The position numbers were made by a program, and so were the translations under genes. This document shows positions 18,404 through 27,355 of a DNA stretch of 46,988 nt, in pieces. How positions within the stretch are numbered: the stretch's first letter is position 1; the number at the start of each line of letters is the position of its first letter. The DNA comes from Candidatus Woykebacteria bacterium RIFCSPLOWO2_01_FULL_43_14. GTDB lineage: Bacteria; Patescibacteriota; Microgenomatia; Woykebacterales; 2-01-FULL-43-14. The stretch covers positions 10,312 to 57,299 of the forward strand of contig MHDB01000026.1 in the NCBI GenBank assembly GCA_001816835.1, written 5' to 3'. The notes beneath the pieces were generated by a model. It searched no databases. It was not told the origin of the DNA and saw only the letters and a list, made by a program, of their open reading frames with translations.

Positions 18404-18473
18404 GTGCCTATACTGTAATTGTTTAGTGAAATGTTCTTTACTATCTGTTATTATTACACCAGAGGAGGTATAT

Positions 18474-18668
18474 GTGAAAGTTTCGATATTTGCAGATTAC
18501 TCAAACCAATGGGTAGCAGTTAAACAAGACCTTAGCAAAGTTTACTACTCTGGAAAAACTTTTTCGGAGGTGTATAACGAAATAGAAAAACGGTATAAAA
18601 AAGTTGACTTAATGTTAATGTATGTTCCTCCTATTGACCAATTTATAGCGCCTCATGAGTACTCTTGA
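18474..18668 (+). CDS. small protein (64 aa), DUF5678-like by eye; partner of the downstream protease
   Basis: GTG 18474 is preceded by GGAGG (18464-18468) with a 5-nt spacer. The alternative start is GTG 18426 (80 aa). The sequence ..NQWVAVKQDLSKVYYSGKTFSEVYNEIEKRYKKVDLMLMYVPP resembles that family. The stop overlaps the next ATG (ATGAGTACTCTTGA). Confidence 0.5.
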   Translation: MKVSIFADYSNQWVAVKQDLSKVYYSGKTFSEVYNEIEKRYKKVDLMLMYVPPIDQFIAPHEYS

Positions 18669-19080
18669 AGTTACTTATACACCTATGCCTAGGAAAAAAC
18701 CTGATGGCACCCTAAAAGAAGTTTTCCTTCCCTATTTAAAGATATACCTCTCATATAAACATAATCTAAATAAAATACCAATTCCTTGCTTATTAGATTC
18801 TGGGGCTGATATGAACTTATTTCCTGCACAGTGGGGTGAAACTGTAGGCATCAAAATTAAATCAGTAGAGAGTGAGAAAATCAGTGGTATTGGTATGACT
18901 GAGATATACGGATATAAGCATAAGGTTAAATTGTTTGTCGTGGGAGGTAAGAGCTTTGAATCTGAAGTTTACTTCTGTTATTCTCAGCAGATGCCGCTAC
19001 TAGGCAGAAACGGATTCTTCGACAAGTTTAAACAAATAACCTTCTTCGAAACAGTAAAAAAAATCATACTTGATTATTAA
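18655..19080 (+). CDS. retropepsin-like (clan AA) single-domain aspartic protease
   Basis: 141 aa. Catalytic LLDSGAD (D-S-G-A) and a C-terminal MPLLGRNGFFDKF (LLG flap/dimer motif). Confidence 0.75.
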   Translation: MSTLEVTYTPMPRKKPDGTLKEVFLPYLKIYLSYKHNLNKIPIPCLLDSGADMNLFPAQWGETVGIKIKSVESEKISGIGMTEIYGYKHKVKLFVVGGKSFESEVYFCYSQQMPLLGRNGFFDKFKQITFFETVKKIILDY

Positions 19081-19160
19081 GGCTTTATTTTGTAACCAGT
19101 AATGAGAGGGGTTGAATTGCTTGGGTTTTAGGATGTCTTGGAATAAACACAAACCAAAAA

Positions 19161-19349
19161 TTAGAAATCGAAACGGTAGCCCATGATGTTTTCCTGGTCG
19201 TAAAATTTTTTCGCCCCTAGGACTTCACTTATTAATAACTCCGCGTCTCCCAAAGTTTTGTTTGAACCTTCCCTGAAAAAATGTTTATGAATCAAAATAT
19301 ATTTGACCTTAAGGTCAGTGAAAGTTTTTCTAACTAGTTCCTTGTTATG
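19161..19349 (-). other. open, protein-like reading frame with no start codon at its 5' end, abutting the stop of 19334-20911 (probable frameshifted C-terminus)
   Basis: My translation in the adjacent frame is HNKELVRKTFTDLKVKYILIHKHFFREGSNKTLGDAELLISEVLGAKKFYDQENIMGYRFDF*. The frame opens right after two stops and has no ATG or GTG near its 5' end. Confidence 0.5.
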
Positions 19350-20911
19350 TCATCCTTATCCGGGACCCGGTCAGGTTGGGCAATGTATTTTAGTAACGGA
19401 ATCGTTTTATAGTAAAAGACATTTTGGATTGGTAGCCGGGCCACCGTACCTCGGAAAATCTTTTTCTCATGTCCTGATTGGTAGAACTGAAGCGTACCGA
19501 CAGGGCCGAAGCCAAATAAAAAGTTACCTGTATTCCAGCCAACCGGGATATCCAGAACACTGAAATCAGTGGGATCAGCTTTTATCTGCGAATAGACTTC
19601 TGGAATAGTCATATCTGTAGTGGGCAAGGGCGTGGGAATATATTCGATCAAAATAAAGGTAATAGTAAGGGCAACAAAGGCGTACCCTGCTACCCGTATG
19701 CGTATCTTAGTCAAAATGAAAGATACGCTGAAACCCACCAAGGTGGCTAATCCGAGCATAGTCAACGGTTGAAAACGCATCGGTTCCTGAATTCCTCCGA
19801 TGAGGGGGAGTAGCTGATAAATGATAAAGGGCAAGGGTATTTTCGTATCATTGCCGAAAAAGTGAAGCCATGGACCCAAGCTTAGGATAAAGAAAGCTCC
19901 TGAGATAAGTATAAACAAACCAATTAGAAGCCTTTTCTTAAGAAAATCTATTTTGTATAGATAAATACTGACCCCAGCTAGAAATAGGGTTGTGTAGCCT
20001 AAGTAGAGTGTGGATTCCACGGAGCGTACCAACCCTGTTCGAGAAAAAATACCTAGAAAAGGATTAGTGGGCGCGGGGTGTAGGAAGTAGTAAATATCAG
20101 CTGACCAAAGACTTTGGACATATAAAGGTACTTCAGGCTTAAAGCCCTTAGAAATGGTATATAAGGCCAAAATGAACATGGGTGAAAAGATGATAATAAA
20201 GCTAACTCCAAAAGTAAGTAAGAGCTTTAGGTGTTTAAGATTAAATACGTCCCTAAATTTAAAGATGAAAAAATAAGCTATTACTAGACCGCTTAGAGCC
20301 ATGTTAAAGGAGCCGTAAGTCAGGTCGTTTAGTCCCTGCAGTCCCAACACTAGTCCAGCAAGAAGGGCATAGCGGTATTTTTTTTCCTCAAAGGCCTTTA
20401 ACAAAAACAAAATAAGCAGGGGACTAAACCAGATAGTTGTAAGGTTGGTGTGATTGTCCATGGCTTGAGCCAAGACATAAGGGAAGAAAGCGTACACAGT
20501 TCCGCTGATTAACCCAGCCAATTTGGACTTAGTCAAATACGCTACCAGTAGAAACGAATTCAGCCCGGAAAGAACAAAAGAAAGAAAGAAAACAATGTTT
20601 GAGGCCGCTATTAGACCAAACAAATACTGGAAGGGGAGACTGATAAAGGCGTTTACAAAAGTGTGGATGTCAAAAGTTCGATTGATTACCTGCGGATAAT
20701 AAATGTAATCAGTAAATATTGGATTAATGTGAGCGTCAAAAAGGGAATACTTAAACCACCAGAGAAGCCACACATGAGTGGGGGCGTCCTCTTCCCCGCC
20801 AGGGATGTGTGATGAGAAATTTAAGATCAAGGGATAGGTAAAGACAATGGCGATAACTAGGTAAAAAAGAATAACCGGTAGATAGGACTTAACTAAAGGC
20901 TGTAATTTCAC
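19334..20911 (-). CDS. polytopic membrane protein, GT-C-like (unclassified)
   Basis: 525 aa with a GTG start. The N-terminal pattern YPLILNFSSHIPGGEEDAPTHVWLLWW, about 12 TM, and a soluble tail resemble the other GT-C candidates here. No family could be assigned by eye. Confidence 0.45.
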   Translation of the reverse strand: MKLQPLVKSYLPVILFYLVIAIVFTYPLILNFSSHIPGGEEDAPTHVWLLWWFKYSLFDAHINPIFTDYIYYPQVINRTFDIHTFVNAFISLPFQYLFGLIAASNIVFFLSFVLSGLNSFLLVAYLTKSKLAGLISGTVYAFFPYVLAQAMDNHTNLTTIWFSPLLILFLLKAFEEKKYRYALLAGLVLGLQGLNDLTYGSFNMALSGLVIAYFFIFKFRDVFNLKHLKLLLTFGVSFIIIFSPMFILALYTISKGFKPEVPLYVQSLWSADIYYFLHPAPTNPFLGIFSRTGLVRSVESTLYLGYTTLFLAGVSIYLYKIDFLKKRLLIGLFILISGAFFILSLGPWLHFFGNDTKIPLPFIIYQLLPLIGGIQEPMRFQPLTMLGLATLVGFSVSFILTKIRIRVAGYAFVALTITFILIEYIPTPLPTTDMTIPEVYSQIKADPTDFSVLDIPVGWNTGNFLFGFGPVGTLQFYQSGHEKKIFRGTVARLPIQNVFYYKTIPLLKYIAQPDRVPDKDDITRN

Positions 20912-20918
20912 AACCCTA

Positions 20919-20924
20919 AGTATA
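20919..20924 (-). promoter_or_regulatory. -10 TATACT 7 nt upstream of the GTG start of 19334-20911
   Basis: The reverse complement of 20919-20924 is TATACT. The spacer is TAGGGTT, followed by GTG. Confidence 0.35.
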
Positions 20925-20980
20925 ACGGTAATGAGGCAGTTATGAAAAGGTTGTTTGTTGTTAAGAGAACTGCTGGAATA

Positions 20981-20989
20981 TGATAAAGT
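20981..20989 (+). promoter_or_regulatory. extended -10 (TGA-TAAAGT) 9 nt upstream of ATG 20999
   Basis: Read from the sequence; there is no SD in the spacer AATGGGTAC. Confidence 0.35.
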
Positions 20990-20998
20990 AATGGGTAC

Positions 20999-22090
20999 AT
21001 GAAGATATTGATGATTAATGATTCCTTAAAGCCTAGTGGCGGGGCTGAAGAGGTCTTTTTGGACGAAGCAGCTGGGTTGGAAAAAAGAGGCCATCAGATA
21101 ATTCTTAGAGATGAACAAAACTTACACCTAGGATCCTTTGCAAGTGAAACATTTGATTTGATCAGCCTCCACAATGTCTTTGATCCCGATTTGTATGAAA
21201 AGTTAGTGAGTATTGCCCCAACGATTCACTATGTCCATGACCACCGAACTTACTCCGTAGGCTCTAGCCGTTATCATTTCAGGAGTAACGAGATTTGCAC
21301 TGCTCCCCTTGGACTAACCCATAATCTTTCCTATGCTTACCTGGAGAAATGTGCGAGCCGTAACTTGCTCAAATTAATTACCGAAACATTTAGAAAGAAA
21401 CGACTGCTTAAGATTCATAATCAGCTTAAGAAGGTAATTGCCAACAGTAACTATGTCAAAGATCAGTTGGTAAAAAACGGAGTCAATAAAGACCTCATCG
21501 AAGTTGTTTATCCCTCTAGAGCAGAATATAGGGTTGAAGGACAAGTTACAACAGACAAGCCGGTGGTTCTTTTCGCCGGGCGACTTTTTGTGGAAAAAGG
21601 GGCAGAGTACGCTATCAGGGCGATGCAAAAGGTGGGAAATGCCTACCTTTGGATATTGGGGACAGGTTGGGATGAAAGTCGTTTGAAGACTATGGTCAAA
21701 GAGCTCAACTTAGAAACAAAAGTCAAGTTCCTTGGTTGGTTGGACAAAAAAGAGATTGGTAAGATTTATGAGGCTGCAACGGTGGGAGTAGTACCTTCTA
21801 TCTGGCCCGAGCCTTTTGGATTGAGTGGGACTAACTTCATGAGTTTGGGAAAGCCGGTAGTAGGATTTGATTCCGGTGGCATAAAAGAGTGGTTGACTGA
21901 TGGCGAAACTGGTTTTTTGGTCAAAAGACTTGATGTACAAAGCCTTGCCAGCTCTATTAACACTCTTTTGGAAGACGACACGCTAAGAAAAAAAATGGGT
22001 GCTAGGGCTAAAGCAGTGTTTGAAGAAAAATTTAGTCTTAATGTTCATTTGGACAAGATGGAGCAGGTTTTCTCGGAGGTGGTTAAATGA
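20999..22090 (+). CDS. GT4 family glycosyltransferase
   Basis: Motifs GRLFVEKG and EPFGLSGTNFMSLGKPVVGFDSGGIKEWLTDGETGFLV. Confidence 0.85.
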   Translation: MKILMINDSLKPSGGAEEVFLDEAAGLEKRGHQIILRDEQNLHLGSFASETFDLISLHNVFDPDLYEKLVSIAPTIHYVHDHRTYSVGSSRYHFRSNEICTAPLGLTHNLSYAYLEKCASRNLLKLITETFRKKRLLKIHNQLKKVIANSNYVKDQLVKNGVNKDLIEVVYPSRAEYRVEGQVTTDKPVVLFAGRLFVEKGAEYAIRAMQKVGNAYLWILGTGWDESRLKTMVKELNLETKVKFLGWLDKKEIGKIYEAATVGVVPSIWPEPFGLSGTNFMSLGKPVVGFDSGGIKEWLTDGETGFLVKRLDVQSLASSINTLLEDDTLRKKMGARAKAVFEEKFSLNVHLDKMEQVFSEVVK

Positions 22091-23232
22091 AAGTTGGCAT
22101 TGACGCTAGAGTTTTGGGGACGCAAAGAGCCCTAGATGTCTACCTGCGCAACATTTTAGTTTCCTATCCCAAGACACGTCCCGAAGATCAGATCACTCTA
22201 CTAGTTAGTAACGAAAGCCAGAAAACCTTGGTTCCCAAAGATAGATTCCAATTTAGACTCGTTCCAGCGTCCCACACCTTTATTGAACATTTTAACTTCA
22301 AGAAAAACATCGTTGACTTTGATGTTTTTTGGCATCCCGATAACCGCGAATTTATTAACTGTATTTCTAATAGCGTTGTAACTATTCACGATTTGCTACC
22401 GATTAAGTTTCCGGAAATTGTCCTTAGTAAAGACCCATTTTTGAATTTTCGTCAAAAAGTATACTTTCGGATGCTCAAAAGCGCCTGGAAAAAAGCCAAA
22501 ACGATTATTACAGTTTCCCAGAGTAGTGCTAGCGACATCGAAGAAATAATTGGCGTAAGTAAGAATAAGATAAATGTAGTTTATAACGGCGTCTCTAGGG
22601 ACTTTTTCAAAATCAGGACCGATGAAGAAAAGAAAAAAGCCCAAGCAAAGTATAGGATTGAAAGCCCTTACATTTTTTACATCGGTGGTCTGAACGCCCA
22701 CAAAAATGTCGCGACTCTAATAAGGGCGATGAGTCTTGTAAAGCACAAAAATATTCGGCTGGTGATAGGAGGAAAGACAGATTCTGATAACTCATCTGGT
22801 CAGAATATCTACCAAGAGATTCTAAGCCAGGCTAAGAAATTAGGAGTTAGCGATAGACTTGTTTTTAGCGGTTTTATACAAGATGAGGATTTACCCGCTA
22901 TCTACCAGGGGGCGAAAGTATTCGTGTACCCGTCTTTTTACGAAGGTTTTGGTTTGCCACCACTCGAGGCTCTAGCTTCAGGGGTTCCGGTGATTTGCTC
23001 TAATAGCGCGAGTTTACCTGAGGTGGTTGGGGAAGCAGGGATTCTAATTGATCCAAATGATTACGAAGGTTTTGCTAAAGGTGTGGATAGGATTTTGGAA
23101 GACAGCAAGCTTGCAAACAGCTTGATAAATAAAGGTTTGCTTAGAGCATCTGAATTTAGCTGGGAGAAAGCTGCCGGAGACGTGTATAATATATTGATTG
23201 AGTCCTATGCTAAAAATCAGGCAAAGAATTAG
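22087..23232 (+). CDS. GT4 family glycosyltransferase (mannosyltransferase-like)
   Basis: Motif [38 protein letters not shown]. An SD (GGAGGTGG) lies 6 nt upstream. Confidence 0.88.
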   Translation: MKVGIDARVLGTQRALDVYLRNILVSYPKTRPEDQITLLVSNESQKTLVPKDRFQFRLVPASHTFIEHFNFKKNIVDFDVFWHPDNREFINCISNSVVTIHDLLPIKFPEIVLSKDPFLNFRQKVYFRMLKSAWKKAKTIITVSQSSASDIEEIIGVSKNKINVVYNGVSRDFFKIRTDEEKKKAQAKYRIESPYIFYIGGLNAHKNVATLIRAMSLVKHKNIRLVIGGKTDSDNSSGQNIYQEILSQAKKLGVSDRLVFSGFIQDEDLPAIYQGAKVFVYPSFYEGFGLPPLEALASGVPVICSNSASLPEVVGEAGILIDPNDYEGFAKGVDRILEDSKLANSLINKGLLRASEFSWEKAAGDVYNILIESYAKNQAKN

Positions 23233-24724
23233 GCGTACTCTTTCCTTACTCGCTGAGGATATAACCAGACACAGGCTGTTGTGGTTCTTTCTTGCCTTTT
23301 TTAGTTTTTTTTATTCAATTTGGGTTCTCACCAGACATAATTTTTTTGGAACAGATGCAGTTGATTTAGGCATTTTTGACCAAATAATCTGGAAATATTC
23401 TCAGTTTAAGGAACCTCTTAGTACGGTCAAGTTTTCCACCTATCCTGGAGTAAATATCCTTGGAGACCACTTTCATCCCATAATAGCCATCCTGTCACCG
23501 CTACTTTGGTTTTGGAATAATGTAGCAGCGATACTTATTGCTCAAGTTTTGTTGGTGGTAGGGAGTGCCTGGCCGATATATAAGATAGCCTTAGTAAAGT
23601 TTAATTCCAAAATGTTGGCTCTGGGGATGAGTGTCTCTTACCTCTCCTTCATTGGCTTACAAACACTTTTGGAATACGATTTCCATGAGGTCGCCTTTGC
23701 CTTGCCACTCCTAAGCTTCTCATTCTACTTTCTTGAACTGAAAAAACATTTCTATTTTTATGTATGTCTAGCTTTAAGCTTTTTGGTGAAAGAGGATATG
23801 CCTTTAGTTATGGCCACACTAGGAATTTGGGCTTTTTTACGCCTGCGTGAGTACAAGCTCGGACTGATTACTTTCGGTGTTTCCGGAGTCTTTTATTTCC
23901 TGGTTACTAGATTCATCATCCCTTATTTCAAAGGGGCTCCTTTTGACTACGAACACCTTGACCCCTCTGTCGGGAAGAGTACTTCTGACCTACTCTTGAC
24001 TGCCGTGACAGATCCATTGCTTGTGATAAGAACAGCATTTTATGATGGGGATTGGATAAAACTTAGAACCATGCTCAACCTTGCGAGCTCCTATTTGTTT
24101 TTACCCTTGATTTCCCCAACCTCCCTGATAATGCTTATCCCGAACATCGTCAGTCGGTTTCTAACCGAATTGCCTCAAAGGTGGATAATAAGGTTTCAGT
24201 ACAGTGCCATTTGGGACCCGATCTTGGCTATTGGTACGATCTACGCTATCAAAAATCTTTTATCATTTTCCAACAAGTTTCATCTCGGGCAAAAACTGTC
24301 ACGGAAGGCGTTACCAATCTTAGGTTTAGCGCTGATTGCGTCCTCTCTTTACGTAACCTGGAAAATAAACGGCCCACTTACACATCGAATTTTTAACCCT
24401 AGTTTTTATAAGCCTTTAGATAGGTACGCGCAAAACTACACCCTCCTTGCCCTTATCCCCCCTGAGGCTTCGGTCATGGCTCAATCGGCTTTTGTACCGC
24501 ATTTGTCACACCGAGACCAGATTTATCGCTACGACGACACAATTTTTGCTAAAAAAATCTTTCCCGATTACATTATAATGAGTACCGAGGAGCATTCTGA
24601 TCCTCCCTATACCCAGGAGGACCTAACCAAAAGAGTTTTGCAGCTAAAGGAAAATACTCTCTATCAGGTACTCAGTTGGGATGGTGCTAGACTTCTCCTA
24701 AGGAAAAACAATGAAAATAACTAG
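23207..24724 (+). CDS. DUF2079-family polytopic membrane protein (predicted GT-C-like)
   Basis: Motifs NILGDHFHPIIAILSPLLW, YDFHEVAFALPLL and LVKEDMPLV. ATG 23207 is chosen over the track's TTG 23198. Confidence 0.7.
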   Translation: MLKIRQRIRRTLSLLAEDITRHRLLWFFLAFFSFFYSIWVLTRHNFFGTDAVDLGIFDQIIWKYSQFKEPLSTVKFSTYPGVNILGDHFHPIIAILSPLLWFWNNVAAILIAQVLLVVGSAWPIYKIALVKFNSKMLALGMSVSYLSFIGLQTLLEYDFHEVAFALPLLSFSFYFLELKKHFYFYVCLALSFLVKEDMPLVMATLGIWAFLRLREYKLGLITFGVSGVFYFLVTRFIIPYFKGAPFDYEHLDPSVGKSTSDLLLTAVTDPLLVIRTAFYDGDWIKLRTMLNLASSYLFLPLISPTSLIMLIPNIVSRFLTELPQRWIIRFQYSAIWDPILAIGTIYAIKNLLSFSNKFHLGQKLSRKALPILGLALIASSLYVTWKINGPLTHRIFNPSFYKPLDRYAQNYTLLALIPPEASVMAQSAFVPHLSHRDQIYRYDDTIFAKKIFPDYIIMSTEEHSDPPYTQEDLTKRVLQLKENTLYQVLSWDGARLLLRKNNENN

Positions 24725-26240
24725 ATTTAATTTATTAGTGGCCTTGGTTTTTTTGGTTGGAGTTGGACTGCGGCTTTATTATTTTCTGACTCCTGATACT
24801 AAAATAAGCATGGACGAGGCCACTTACGGCGTTCAGGCGTTCCATATTCTAAAGGGGGAGAGATCTGTATTCTTTTACAATCAGCCTTATACGGGCACAT
24901 TATCAGCTTACCTAGCAGCCATGCTTTTTAGTATCTTTGGCGTTAGTGATGTTTGGCTAAAGACAGTGCCGTTCATCTTTTCAGTGTTATTTTTGCTTAC
25001 TACTTATTATCTTGCCTGGGAAGTGTTTAAGAACAAATATATTTGTTTAATTTCCTTACTTTTTATTTCCGTTACCTCGCCGTTTTGGGTTAACTGGACT
25101 ACTCGCACCGGGACAGGTTATCCGGAGATGATGGTTTTCGGTAACCTAATATTGATACTGACTTTAAAGATAGTTTTCGCTTCTCTACCAAAAAGACAGG
25201 GGCTGTATTTCTTTCTGTTAGGCTTGTGTGCCGGAATAGGTTATTGGATACAACCGGCCATTATTTACTATGGTTTAGCTGCAATGACCATGATTTTTCT
25301 GTGGAAGCCTACTTTTTTCCTTCTGCCGACTTTTTATCTCGTTCCTCTAGGGTTCTTTCTGGGAGCTATGCCGGCTTTAATTTGGAACTTTCAAAACAGT
25401 AATTTGACCAATCGATCGTTGTTCCATAAGCCATTTGGGGTTTTGGGTTCTATTAGGGATTTCTTTCTTTTGGGACTGCCTGTGATTATTGGGGTAAGAA
25501 AACCTTTTTCCGAAACCGATTTCTTCACTCCCTTAGCGCTAGTTACTGAGGCAATATATGGATTAGCCATCGGCTACAGCATGTTTAACAGATTGAAGGA
25601 TACCCTTTCTTTGGGTTTGGGTAAACTATTCGCTAGCCTTATTAGACTCAGGAGTCTTAAGGAGTACTTAAAGCCTCAAGACATTCTTATTCTGAACATG
25701 CTATTTGTTTTAGTGGTGTTTAGTCTTTCCTCTCCCTTCAATCAGTTTGTCATCGAACCGAGGTACATCTCAGCCTTGTATACCTCCTTACCAATACTCC
25801 TGGCAGCTTTTGTGTGCCTTATGTGGAATCGGGTTAAGATTCTTGGAGTTTTTCTAGGAGGAATTGTTTTGGCTAACAACGTCTATGGTTTATATTCTGT
25901 GCCACCTAACAAATTTTTAGACCAATATAAACTTGACCCTATCATAAGTTATCTGGGTGAGCGGGGAGTAAAGTACGTTTATGGGGAATTTGACTTTAGC
26001 TACCGACTGGTGTTTGAGACGCAGGAAGATATCATCGCCACGCCAGGGGATAATCTGTTTGGTGCTCATCGTTACCCTGAGTATATTAAAAAAGTCCAAC
26101 TTGCACCCATTACCCAAAAAGCGTGTGTTTTCCGGTTAACCAAGGGGGATAACTGCGCAAATATATTTGGCCCTCAAACACCTGAGACAAAAATGGTAGA
26201 AATTAACGGTTTTAGAGTTATTACCTACGAGGGAATATGA
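24711..26240 (+). CDS. ArnT/PMT_2-like GT-C membrane glycosyltransferase
   Basis: 509 aa. First loop SMDEATYGVQAFHILKGE, polytopic, with a soluble C-terminal domain. Confidence 0.7.
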   Translation: MKITRFNLLVALVFLVGVGLRLYYFLTPDTKISMDEATYGVQAFHILKGERSVFFYNQPYTGTLSAYLAAMLFSIFGVSDVWLKTVPFIFSVLFLLTTYYLAWEVFKNKYICLISLLFISVTSPFWVNWTTRTGTGYPEMMVFGNLILILTLKIVFASLPKRQGLYFFLLGLCAGIGYWIQPAIIYYGLAAMTMIFLWKPTFFLLPTFYLVPLGFFLGAMPALIWNFQNSNLTNRSLFHKPFGVLGSIRDFFLLGLPVIIGVRKPFSETDFFTPLALVTEAIYGLAIGYSMFNRLKDTLSLGLGKLFASLIRLRSLKEYLKPQDILILNMLFVLVVFSLSSPFNQFVIEPRYISALYTSLPILLAAFVCLMWNRVKILGVFLGGIVLANNVYGLYSVPPNKFLDQYKLDPIISYLGERGVKYVYGEFDFSYRLVFETQEDIIATPGDNLFGAHRYPEYIKKVQLAPITQKACVFRLTKGDNCANIFGPQTPETKMVEINGFRVITYEGI

Positions 26241-27355
26241 GAATTTTTCAAATAACACCCCGGTACTACCCTCTGATTGGTGGCGGTCAAGAAGTGGTAA
26301 AAAGATACGCCGAAGGGTTGTCTTCGCTCGGTCACGAAGTGGTGGTACTTACCTCTAATGACGGGTCAAAAATAAAAAAAGAGGTTATCAATGGGGTGGA
26401 AGTAAGAAGGTTTTCTAAACTTCCCCTACCCAATAATCTTCCTTACCAACCTATTACACCCGGGTTGTTTGTGGAACTGCTTAGGGAGAAGGCTGATATT
26501 TATCATGTGCACGGAAACAAGTGGTTTACGAGCGATATTGCCGGTTTGGTGCTGAATAAAAAATCGGGCAAGCTTGTCTTTACCCCTCTTGCCGGACAGT
26601 TTGGAACTAGTTTGTTAGGTAGACTACACAACCAATTGCTGGGCGGTCTTACCTTTGGTGCCCAACTAGTGCTTCCCGCCTCGGAATTTGAAAAGGGTCT
26701 CTTGGTCAGAGGAGGAATAGACCCTAAAAATATGAAAGTGTTTCCTCATGGAGTTGACCTAGAAGAATTTAAAAACACCAGAAAAGGCTTTTTTGACAAC
26801 ATTGGTTGGAAAGAAACATCAGTAGTAATCTCAGTGAGTAGGTTAGTCCCTCATAAAAACATTGACCTTTTGATTAAGGCTGTGGGATTACTAGCTAAGA
26901 GGGACTACGCTATTAGGTTGGCAGTGGTAGGGCCTGATGGTGGTGAGGGTGAAAGACTAAAAAACTTGGTTCAGAGCTTAAACTTAGCCGATAAAATAAT
27001 TTTCCTAGGTGGCTTAAGTCGGGAAAAGATGATTGAGGCTTTAACGGGTGCGAGCGTTTTTTGTCTGCCGTCTAGCTCTGAGTCTTTCGGGATAGCTTAC
27101 ATCGATGCACTAGCGGCCAGAGTGCCTGTTGTGGCCACTAATTTATGCGCGACCCCAGAAATTATCAAGGACGGGGAAAACGGACTTTTGTGCGATCTTG
27201 ATGAAAAAAGCATTGCGCTAAAGATTGAAACGCTTTTAAAAGATAAAAGCTTGGCTAAGAAATTTGCCGATAATGGTTACAGAACAGTTCAAGAGAAATA
27301 CAACTGGGATAAGATTATAAAAAAATTAGAAGGTTTGTATACAGAATTACTATGA
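26237..27355 (+). CDS. GT4 family glycosyltransferase
   Basis: Motifs RLVPHKN and SESFGIAYIDALAARVPVVATNLCATPEIIKDGENGLL. Confidence 0.85.
   Translation: MRIFQITPRYYPLIGGGQEVVKRYAEGLSSLGHEVVVLTSNDGSKIKKEVINGVEVRRFSKLPLPNNLPYQPITPGLFVELLREKADIYHVHGNKWFTSDIAGLVLNKKSGKLVFTPLAGQFGTSLLGRLHNQLLGGLTFGAQLVLPASEFEKGLLVRGGIDPKNMKVFPHGVDLEEFKNTRKGFFDNIGWKETSVVISVSRLVPHKNIDLLIKAVGLLAKRDYAIRLAVVGPDGGEGERLKNLVQSLNLADKIIFLGGLSREKMIEALTGASVFCLPSSSESFGIAYIDALAARVPVVATNLCATPEIIKDGENGLLCDLDEKSIALKIETLLKDKSLAKKFADNGYRTVQEKYNWDKIIKKLEGLYTELL

Noticed and set aside
19303-19563. 86-aa plus-strand ORF.
   Set aside because: It is antisense to the 3' end of the 525-aa membrane protein gene and to its probable frameshifted tail. 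It has no recognisable motifs.
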